Positions 1 to 6,702 of a stretch of DNA of 32,000 nucleotides are shown here, one piece after another. The DNA lies in assembly GCF_000010625.1 (NCBI RefSeq), contig NC_010296.1, positions 1,170,001 through 1,202,000 on the forward strand, written 5' to 3'. How positions within the stretch are numbered: the first letter of the stretch is position 1; each line of letters begins with the position of its first letter. The translations under genes and the position numbers were made by a program. Below the pieces are notes generated by a model that was not told the origin of the DNA, did no database searches, and worked only from the letters and a program-made list of their open reading frames with translations. The stretch comes from Microcystis aeruginosa NIES-843. Lineage in GTDB: Bacteria > Cyanobacteriota > Cyanobacteriia > Cyanobacteriales > Microcystaceae.

Positions 1-1
1 G

Positions 2-472
2 GTAGGAGGTGATGCAGTTTTATACATTGACGGCACCAGTATTGATGAGATGATACAAGCTATCAAAAAAATACAAATTCCTGAAATTCGTCAGCAACTA
101 ATAGACAAAGGATTAGAGAGATATAAACAATTTTCTTGGCGGCAAAATTCCGAAAAAATTTCTCAAATTATCCTAAAAAATATTGACGAAGTTAAAGAAA
201 ATCCTTCGGGTAAAGTTTGGTTAGAATTGAGAAAATTACAAGAGGAAAAACAAAATCAATCTCTCCAGTATTTAATTACATCTAGGAGTCTTAAAAAAAT
301 GGAATATTCTCTAGAAAAATTCAAGAATCAGAATAGGGAATTATCAGAAAATATTGAGAGTCTGCAAGAGAAAATTAAGAGTTTATCTACAGCGAAATCA
401 GCTATTAAAAGACTGCTTAAGATTGTCATCAAAAAATCTAAACTTGCTTACTTGATAAAAAAGAACTATTAG
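2..472 (+). CDS. Glycosyltransferase (GT-B, Glycos_transf_1-type) C-terminal part; 5' end outside window; coiled-coil-like tail
   Basis: The frame of track ORF 50..472 stays open back to nt 2 (VGGDAVLYIDGTSIDEMIQAIKKI...). The pattern AVLY.D..S.DEM..AI...L..KG..R...FSW is the usual C-terminal end of family 1/4 glycosyltransferases. The last ~70 aa are K/E/L/Q-rich and heptad-like. Confidence 0.6.
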   Translation, partial: VGGDAVLYIDGTSIDEMIQAIKKIQIPEIRQQLIDKGLERYKQFSWRQNSEKISQIILKNIDEVKENPSGKVWLELRKLQEEKQNQSLQYLITSRSLKKMEYSLEKFKNQNRELSENIESLQEKIKSLSTAKSAIKRLLKIVIKKSKLAYLIKKNY

Positions 473-473
473 T

Positions 474-1676
474 CTAGTAGGCTTGTTTAGGAATAACTAA
501 AATATCAATATATTCCCCAGTGTTTAAATTATCTTGATAAAATGTATCGAGAAAATCTAAACTTGTTTCAACAAATTTTCCCCCTCGCAATCTCCATACT
601 CTAGAGGCAAAAGTTTCGATAAAGCTTAAATAACTTTTCTTTCCGGCTAGTCGATTAATTCCGTAGGGCCAAAATTCCACATATAAAGGAACAGATATTT
701 CTCGAAAAAATTCTTGTCCTCCTTGAAATATTAGTCCTTCACTACCCTGACAATCTATCCAAACAAAACCAATTTTTTGAGGATTTAAGATTCCTCGATT
801 CCTTAACTCATCTAGAGTAATAAACTCGGCTAATTCTCGCCTATAGTTGTCTTCATTAAATAAATTATCTGTGACATTGACTGGTTGAATACGGAAGTCG
901 CCACAATTATCAGGGTTACAAACTAATTCTTCTGTACCGGTAAAATTAGCTAATCCGTAGTTCAATGCTTGTAGTCGCTCAGTTAACTGGTTAATCTGAG
1001 TATTAAAAGTCAGAAATTGATAATTTAAACCCGAAGCTTCGATAGAGATAGCGGACTGGAAGTAATTACCTTTTAAAGCATAAATGGATGTGGAGCCAAT
1101 ATTAGCACCCAAATCGAGAAAACAAGACTTATCGGGGTGGAATAGACTATGATTTTCCAGAAATGTCATACAGGCTAAAAAATCATTTAGCTGAAATGCT
1201 TTTCCCTGTAAAGCTCCCTGAAGTTGGACTTTATCAAAAGTGGGATAGAGTAAATAACCGTCAATTTCATCACTTTTGATCATAATTCCATACAGGGATT
1301 CTGGCGGCTTTTTGAGACTAAAATTATTGACCTGTTTATATTCTGCTGATTCTCCGAAAATATGTAATATTTCTAGTAAAGTATGGGAGGTATTCAGCCA
1401 ATATTCTAATTCTGAGTTATCGGGATTTCTTTTTAATAAATACTTGTATAAGTTAGTAATAAATTTTCCTTGCTGCTCATTATTATTTTGATTATTTTGG
1501 CTATTTTGTTGATGCTGCTGAAATTCAGAAGACTGTAAAAAAGACTGGATAACCTCCTGAAAAGAACGTCCTAATTTGATCTGTTCTAGATAGTATCTTT
1601 TACCTTCTATATCCGCAGCTCTCTGCAAAAAAGTTTCATAACAAAATTCAATAAAAGTTTCTGGTTGAATAAACAT
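474..1676 (-). CDS. FkbM-family SAM-dependent methyltransferase with two N-terminal DUF4214-like repeats
   Basis: 400-aa ORF. The N-terminus has two DUF4214-type units (FIEFCYETFLQRAADIEGKRYYLEQI...SSEF; FITNLYKYLLKRNPDNSELEYWLN...SAEY). The C-terminal half has the FkbM-type motif FLDLGANIGSTSIYAL. Confidence 0.75.
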   Translation of the reverse strand: MFIQPETFIEFCYETFLQRAADIEGKRYYLEQIKLGRSFQEVIQSFLQSSEFQQHQQNSQNNQNNNEQQGKFITNLYKYLLKRNPDNSELEYWLNTSHTLLEILHIFGESAEYKQVNNFSLKKPPESLYGIMIKSDEIDGYLLYPTFDKVQLQGALQGKAFQLNDFLACMTFLENHSLFHPDKSCFLDLGANIGSTSIYALKGNYFQSAISIEASGLNYQFLTFNTQINQLTERLQALNYGLANFTGTEELVCNPDNCGDFRIQPVNVTDNLFNEDNYRRELAEFITLDELRNRGILNPQKIGFVWIDCQGSEGLIFQGGQEFFREISVPLYVEFWPYGINRLAGKKSYLSFIETFASRVWRLRGGKFVETSLDFLDTFYQDNLNTGEYIDILVIPKQAY

Positions 1677-1721
1677 AATTAGTCATCAATTTTTATGAGT
1701 CAAAGATTTTTGGTGATTAAG

Positions 1722-2954
1722 TTAATAATCACTAGAAAGAAAATTTATCTGAGAAATAGCCAAGCTTAAGTTTCTATCATCATCGCTTAGTCCTAAATTT
1801 TTAGGTGATGTGGAACCCTCTATTTTTAATTCAATAGTTATTAGAGATGAGTTTTCATTGAGTAGATTTTTAGAGCAGTAAATAAACTTACGAAGATTAT
1901 TTTGGAAACGATTATATTCAAAGTTCCAAATATCCACTAATTTTTCATTTACCCATACCTCCACCTTAAGTGTAGGGTTTTCTGACGAGAGAAAAACTGT
2001 CACTATTTGCCATTCTATAAGTAGGGGAACAGTACAGTCAAGCTGGATAGTAAAAAAAACATAATCACCTTTTAACCAAGTAAAATTTTCTTCAGGTAAG
2101 TAAAACCCTTGTCGGAATAATTGAGGATGAAGGAAATTAGCTAAATAACCAGCAAAACTTACCCGCTTATTCAACTGGGCAAATATTTGATAACTTCCCT
2201 CTATTATATTGGCAAATTTGCCTGTTAGTAAAATTTCTTGCGAACTTAAATATTCTCTGTGCAAAGGATCGGGAGGATGACCTTTTTCCAAATTTCTATA
2301 GGGTAAGCAACCATAATAATTAGGAGGTACATAAATTAACTCTGGGATATTTGTGTTGAAAAAAATGAGATTTTTTTCGCTTAAAATATCATTTCTAACC
2401 ATAAATAAATTGATCCCTTGACTATCAGCATAAATCAGGGAATAACCCTTCTTATCTGCTAAATTTTTCCAAGCTAAAATACTAGCTCCAAAATAATTTG
2501 TTCCATCCCAACAACGCTGAGTAGAGTAGGGGACAACCTTATCTTCTTTGGGTGAGTGGGAAGAATTGTATTCCACTACTACCACTCGCGGTTGATAGAT
2601 TGTTTCTAAACTAAACCAGAGATAAAAATCATTACCGTCCACATCAATAGAAAGCAAATCGAACTCGTGGGGAACCTGATACTTGATAAAAACTTGATTG
2701 ATATTTTCGGCAGTAATTAACTCTTGATAGAGATGAAGTTCTGGGTTACTATAATCCCTATCTAACTGGATACCATGACAGTCATAAACTTCTCGCAGAT
2801 AACGCGTATTGCATTCTCTGCCATCTTCGACCCCAATTTCCACATAATAGCGGTTGGTAAAACCAATGAGAGCAAAAATATGCTCAATCACACCATCTTC
2901 TCCATTCTGGGAGAAAACTTTTTTCTCGAAAGATTGTAAATTGATGACTGTCAT
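1722..2954 (-). CDS. Conserved hypothetical protein; N-terminal half looks FkbM/class-I-methyltransferase-like
   Basis: 410-aa ORF with no competing frame. The N-terminal FSQNGEDGVIEHIF...YYVEIGVEDGRECNTRYL pattern is recalled from methyltransferase-like hypothetical proteins in glycan clusters. Function is not established. Confidence 0.5.
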   Translation of the reverse strand: MTVINLQSFEKKVFSQNGEDGVIEHIFALIGFTNRYYVEIGVEDGRECNTRYLREVYDCHGIQLDRDYSNPELHLYQELITAENINQVFIKYQVPHEFDLLSIDVDGNDFYLWFSLETIYQPRVVVVEYNSSHSPKEDKVVPYSTQRCWDGTNYFGASILAWKNLADKKGYSLIYADSQGINLFMVRNDILSEKNLIFFNTNIPELIYVPPNYYGCLPYRNLEKGHPPDPLHREYLSSQEILLTGKFANIIEGSYQIFAQLNKRVSFAGYLANFLHPQLFRQGFYLPEENFTWLKGDYVFFTIQLDCTVPLLIEWQIVTVFLSSENPTLKVEVWVNEKLVDIWNFEYNRFQNNLRKFIYCSKNLLNENSSLITIELKIEGSTSPKNLGLSDDDRNLSLAISQINFLSSDY

Positions 2955-2997
2955 GGTTAAAAATATCCAGTTTCTAGATACATCCAGATAGTATTTA

Positions 2998-4515
2998 CTA
3001 AATACCTAGTTTTTGCAATGTTAGTAAACGTTCTTTACTAAACTGCTCGTACACTGTTTTCAGATGAGTAATATTTTCCTCCTCTGTTTCCAAAGTTTTC
3101 CCATCTTTAACCACTTTTTTGCCTTGACTTGCCAAAATTTGCCAAACAAATTGTACTGCATCTTGGTTAGAGGATTTAGCCAAGAGGAATAATTGTTCTA
3201 AACGATTGACCACTACTCCAGTACCAATCAAAGGAGAAGCTAAAAAGCTTAATTCCTCACTATAGACTGCTTTCGCTTTCACTGCATTATTAAAAGCATC
3301 AGTAGATGGTTTCCGTTGTTGGCAAGTTTGCTCATCGACAGCAGGATGAATATAGCCAATACCAGTTAAAATCATAAGAGCTTGGTAAAGACCATTTAAG
3401 TTAATATTTGAGGTTTTGGGGTGATTTTGCAGTTGCAGTAAAGTTTGGGGAGATTCCGCCAAAACCTGACAAATTGGCTGATAAATTGCCTCCTGTAACT
3501 TAACTTCTCCCATGGGAAACTGCTGCTCGAACTTGATATTTGCGGGATTAACCAGCAGAGCAAACCGGGTTTCTTGTAGTTGTTTAAGCTGTTCTTGGTT
3601 GGTTAAACTTAAGGAGCCTCGAATAAAAATATCACGGCGAAATTGATTGTTAAGAAAGAAATCTCGCACCACTTCCCGATAGATTGGGTCGCTGATTTTG
3701 GCTAATTTCTCTTGAGCTGCTGGGGAGAGATTGACCGCATCAATATGGTCATTAATATGGGCAGAACCCACATATTTAAGTTTCGCATCCTCTAATTCTT
3801 TCGCTACTTCATCGAAGTAAAAAGAATTCCATTCCTGATTAAAATACTCGTGAGCTAAATAATAACGATTTTGTTCCTTCAGGCGCTCGTAACGATTTTT
3901 TAAAATTGGATTTTGGGCAAAATAACTAGCATTAGCTTCTAATAATTCTCCTGTAAAATTAAGTGCCTGTTCAATGCGGGTTAAAATTGGTTCGGAACTG
4001 TGTTGACCATGACGTAACATTAAAGCTTGCATCGGCATCGCTGCTGACCAACCCGGAAGGGCATTATAGGAGATATAAACTAATCCCCCTACCTTGAGAT
4101 TGCGGAGCATAAAATTAACTATTGCTTGGCGATTTTTGGCACTAATCCAGCTATAAATTCCGTGCAGGCTGATGAAGTCAAATTGAGGTAAATCTCGCTC
4201 TAAAAATTCCTCAAAACTATCATCAAAGAAAAGAATATTCTTCATTCCCGCCTTGGCCGCTAAATCTCTAGCCGTGGCGATATGGCTAGGATTGAAATCA
4301 TTGGCATAAAATTGGGCGTGGGGATAGGTAGCCGCTAGAATATTCGTGGTAAAACCCTGACCACAGGCCAGTTCACAATAGGTAAATTCTTGGCTGGAAT
4401 CGGGGGGTTGAATCGATTTAATCAGAGTGGCTAAACCTAATTTTAGGGGACTTAACTCGCCGTAAAAACCGCTAGTGTAGTTAACTTCCAATACATATCC
4501 TTCTGTCCAACTCAT
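2998..4515 (-). CDS. Class I SAM-dependent methyltransferase with long C-terminal 'methyltransferase regulatory'-type extension
   Basis: 505-aa ORF with SAM motif I ELACGQGFTTNILAA..ANDFNP and downstream FDFISLHGIYSWI. The domain architecture is assigned from memory of PF10119-type predicted methyltransferases. Confidence 0.7.
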   Translation of the reverse strand: MSWTEGYVLEVNYTSGFYGELSPLKLGLATLIKSIQPPDSSQEFTYCELACGQGFTTNILAATYPHAQFYANDFNPSHIATARDLAAKAGMKNILFFDDSFEEFLERDLPQFDFISLHGIYSWISAKNRQAIVNFMLRNLKVGGLVYISYNALPGWSAAMPMQALMLRHGQHSSEPILTRIEQALNFTGELLEANASYFAQNPILKNRYERLKEQNRYYLAHEYFNQEWNSFYFDEVAKELEDAKLKYVGSAHINDHIDAVNLSPAAQEKLAKISDPIYREVVRDFFLNNQFRRDIFIRGSLSLTNQEQLKQLQETRFALLVNPANIKFEQQFPMGEVKLQEAIYQPICQVLAESPQTLLQLQNHPKTSNINLNGLYQALMILTGIGYIHPAVDEQTCQQRKPSTDAFNNAVKAKAVYSEELSFLASPLIGTGVVVNRLEQLFLLAKSSNQDAVQFVWQILASQGKKVVKDGKTLETEEENITHLKTVYEQFSKERLLTLQKLGI

Positions 4516-4706
4516 AGATTTTCCTCAAATATAATGACAATTCCTAAAATTAAGACTTGATTATACAGGAAAAGAGCCATGTCCCCTAGATTTTTGTGGG
4601 TGACAGCAAGGAGAAAAAATTATACAATGCCTATTAATACTAGAGTATTAACCTTTTAGCCAAACGATTCGGCAATTGCCAATAAACCCTAGAAGCGAGA
4701 TTTCTC

Positions 4707-5618
4707 GTGAAAACTGACAGTCTCTTTTACCAAATCTTCCTGCGCTTTCCCGACAGTTTCTTTGACCTAATCGGACAACCGCAACCGGGAGCAGCAAACT
4801 ATCAATTCACCTCCCAAGAGGTGAAACAACTCTCTTTCCGTCTCGATGGCTTATTTATACCACTCAGAGAAGATAGTCAGCAACCCCTCTACCTAGTGGA
4901 AGTGCAGTTCCAAGCGGACGACACCCTCTACTATCGACTTTTTGCGGAATTGTTCCTGTTTCTAAAACAATATCGACCACCTCACCCCTGGCAAATTGTC
5001 GTCATTTATCCCCATCGTGGGGTGGAACGGGAACAATCCCTACATTTTGGCGAAATCCTCAATTTATCAAGCGTTAGACGCATTTATCTCGATGAATTGC
5101 CCCAGGTGTCTCATCCCTCCTTAGGAATCGGTGTGATTAAATTAGTAGTAGAGTCGGAAACGGCAGCGGTGAGGACTGCTCAAACCCTAATCGAGCGGAC
5201 CAGAGAAGAAATCACCGACCAGTCCAGTCAACGGCAGTTAATTGACCTAATCGAAAGTATCATCATTTACAAATTCCCCCAGAAAAGTCGCGAGGAAATT
5301 GAAGCTATGTTTGGACTAAGTGATTTAAAACAAACGAGAGTCTATCAAGAGGCACTGGCCGAAGGAGAAGAACGGGGTCTAGAACGGGGTCTAGAACGGG
5401 GTTTAGAACGGGGTCTAGAACGGGGTCTGCAAGAGGGGGAACGTCTGGTGGTGGAAAACCTGCTCCGAGTCCGTTTTGGTGAGTTAGACCCACCACTGCA
5501 AGCTATTATCAGCCGGATTTTACAATTGTCCCCGGAAGAATTTACTCCTTTACTCCTCCATTGTTCCAAGCAGGAACTCTTAAAGCGATTTCCCCCAGAA
5601 AAGTCGCGAGGAAATTGA
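4707..5618 (+). CDS. Rpn-family (YhgA-like, PD-(D/E)XK) recombination-promoting nuclease/putative transposase homolog with GLER repeat and C-terminal DUF4351 module
   Basis: GTG start. The N-terminus MKTDSLFYQIFLRFPDSFFDLIG...ANYQFTSQEVKQLSFRLDGLFIP...LYLVEVQFQADDTLYYRLFAE...IVVIYPHR...RRIYLDEL matches the cyanobacterial Rpn/DUF2887 pattern. The C-terminus VENLLRVRFGELDPPLQAIISRILQLSPEEFTPLL matches DUF4351. Confidence 0.8.
   Translation: MKTDSLFYQIFLRFPDSFFDLIGQPQPGAANYQFTSQEVKQLSFRLDGLFIPLREDSQQPLYLVEVQFQADDTLYYRLFAELFLFLKQYRPPHPWQIVVIYPHRGVEREQSLHFGEILNLSSVRRIYLDELPQVSHPSLGIGVIKLVVESETAAVRTAQTLIERTREEITDQSSQRQLIDLIESIIIYKFPQKSREEIEAMFGLSDLKQTRVYQEALAEGEERGLERGLERGLERGLERGLQEGERLVVENLLRVRFGELDPPLQAIISRILQLSPEEFTPLLLHCSKQELLKRFPPEKSRGN
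5307..5618 (+). CDS. Candidate in-frame internal short isoform (RpnS-like, 103 aa) of the Rpn-family gene
   Basis: The in-frame ATG at 5307 lies 9 nt downstream of GAGGAA, inside the 35-bp junction repeat. The same SD-like site plus ATG starts the two stand-alone cassettes downstream. Confidence 0.35.
   Translation: MFGLSDLKQTRVYQEALAEGEERGLERGLERGLERGLERGLQEGERLVVENLLRVRFGELDPPLQAIISRILQLSPEEFTPLLLHCSKQELLKRFPPEKSRGN
5370..5429 (+). repeat. 12-bp coding VNTR (GAACGGGGTCTA; ERGL), 5 units
   Basis: Direct reading; each unit contains an XbaI-like TCTAGA. Confidence 0.9.
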
Positions 5619-5640
5619 AGCTATTACACCCTTATCAAGG

Positions 5641-5668
5641 GTAGGGTTAATTCATGAATTAACCCTAC
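5641..5668. repeat. 28-bp perfect palindrome GTAGGGTTAATTCATGAATTAACCCTAC at cassette joint 1
   Basis: Self-complementary on direct reading. It sits between two copies of the 35-mer. Confidence 0.95.
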
Positions 5669-5704
5669 TACTTCCCCCAGAAAAGTTGCGAGGAAATTGA
5701 AGCT

Positions 5705-6112
5705 ATGTTTGAACTAAGTGATTTAAAACAAACGAGAGTCTATCAAGAGGCACTGGCCGAAGGAGAAAAACAAGGTCTAGAACGTGGTCTGCAAGAAGGT
5801 CTAGAACGGGGTCTAGAACGGGGTTTAGAACGGGGTCTAGAACGGGGTCTAGAACGGGGTCTAGAACGGGGTCTAGAACGGGGTTTAGAACGGGGTCTAG
5901 AACGGGGTCTAGAACGGGGTCTGCAAGAGGGGAAACGTTTGGTGGTGGAAAACCTGCTCCGAGTCCGCTTCGGTGAGTTAGACCCAGAAATTCAAGCTAT
6001 TATCAGCCGGATTTTACAACTGTCTCCGGAAGAATTTACTCCTTTACTTCTCCATTGTTCCAAGCAGGAACTCTTAAAGCGATTTCCCCCAGAAAAGTCG
6101 CGAGGAAATTGA
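5705..6112 (+). CDS. Stand-alone DUF4351 cassette (duplicate of the 3' third of the Rpn-family gene), 135 aa
   Basis: Intact ORF, near-identical to 5307..5618 apart from GLER unit number and a few substitutions (MFE, EKQ, GKRL, DPEIQ). It is preceded by GAGGAA-N9-ATG. Confidence 0.6.
   Translation: MFELSDLKQTRVYQEALAEGEKQGLERGLQEGLERGLERGLERGLERGLERGLERGLERGLERGLERGLERGLQEGKRLVVENLLRVRFGELDPEIQAIISRILQLSPEEFTPLLLHCSKQELLKRFPPEKSRGN
5768..5923 (+). repeat. 12-bp coding VNTR, 13 units
   Basis: Direct reading; the ORF is 96 nt (8 units) longer than the 5307..5618 equivalent. Confidence 0.9.
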
Positions 6113-6135
6113 AGCTATCACCACCCTTATCAAGG

Positions 6136-6163
6136 GTAGGGTTAATTCATGAATTAACCCTAC
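6136..6163. repeat. Second copy of the 28-bp palindrome at cassette joint 2
   Basis: Identical to 5641-5668 and in the same context (CCCTTATCAAGG-palindrome-TAC-35-mer). Confidence 0.95.
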
Positions 6164-6199
6164 TACTTCCCCCAGAAAAGTCGCGAGGAAATTGAAGCT

Positions 6200-6583
6200 A
6201 TGTTTGAACTAAGTGATTTAAAACAAACGAGAGTCTATCAAGAGGCACTGGCCGAAGGAGAAAAACAAGGTCTAGAACGGGGTCTGGAACAAGGTCTGGA
6301 ACAAGGTCTAGAACGGGGTCTAGAACGGGGTCTAGAACGGGGTCTAGAACGGGGTTTAGAACGGGGTCTAGAACGGGGTCTAGAACGGGGTCTGCAAGAG
6401 GGGGAACGTCTGGTGGTGGAAAACCTGCTCCGAGTCCGTTTCGGTGAGTTAGACCCACCACTGCAAGCTATTATCAGCCGGATTTTACAATTGTCCCCGG
6501 AAGAATTTACTCCTTTACTCCTCCATTGTTCCAAGCAGGAACTCTTAAAGCGATTTCCCCCAGAAAAGTCGCGAGGAAATTGA
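6200..6583 (+). CDS. Stand-alone DUF4351 cassette, 127 aa (chimeric between copies 1 and 2)
   Basis: Intact ORF. Its 5' end resembles cassette 2 (MFE..EKQ) and its 3' end resembles the parental gene (GERL..DPPLQ). It is preceded by GAGGAA-N9-ATG. Confidence 0.6.
   Translation: MFELSDLKQTRVYQEALAEGEKQGLERGLEQGLEQGLERGLERGLERGLERGLERGLERGLERGLQEGERLVVENLLRVRFGELDPPLQAIISRILQLSPEEFTPLLLHCSKQELLKRFPPEKSRGN
6263..6394 (+). repeat. 12-bp coding VNTR, 11 units (includes two EQGL variants)
   Basis: Direct reading; the ORF is 72 nt (6 units) longer than the 5307..5618 equivalent. Confidence 0.9.
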
Positions 6584-6638
6584 AGCTATCACCACCCTTA
6601 TCAAGGGGGGAAGGGAGGGTTTCCTTCGAGAATAAACG

Positions 6639-6667
6639 AAAAAAGACCACCCTTTTTCTGGGTGGCC
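6639..6667 (-). terminator. Rho-independent terminator for the RTX/DUF4214 gene (possibly bidirectional)
   Basis: Minus strand reads GGCCACCC-AGAAAAA-GGGUGGUC followed by UUUUUU, 36 nt after the stop at 6703. The plus-strand reading also gives a hairpin followed by TTTCTCT. Confidence 0.6.
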
Positions 6668-6702
6668 TTTCTCTAAACTATTAGCTTAAAACCAATCGGG
6701 GT

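Larger units (their letters stand above)
5274..6589 (+). repeat. Tandem triplication of the Rpn 3' module bounded by six copies of the 35-mer TTCCCCCAGAAAAGTCGCGAGGAAATTGAAGCTAT
   Basis: Copies read directly at 5274-5308, 5590-5624, 5672-5706 (one mismatch), 6084-6118, 6167-6201 and 6555-6589. Confidence 0.95.

Noticed and set aside
5305-6534. Minus-strand ORFs 5305..5496, 5345..5569, 6198..6461 and 6238..6534 (PVLD/PRSR repeat proteins)
   Set aside because: They are antisense shadows of the 12-bp GLER VNTR. Their low-complexity translations exist only because the repeat lacks stops in several frames. The plus-strand frame carries recognisable DUF4351 sequence.
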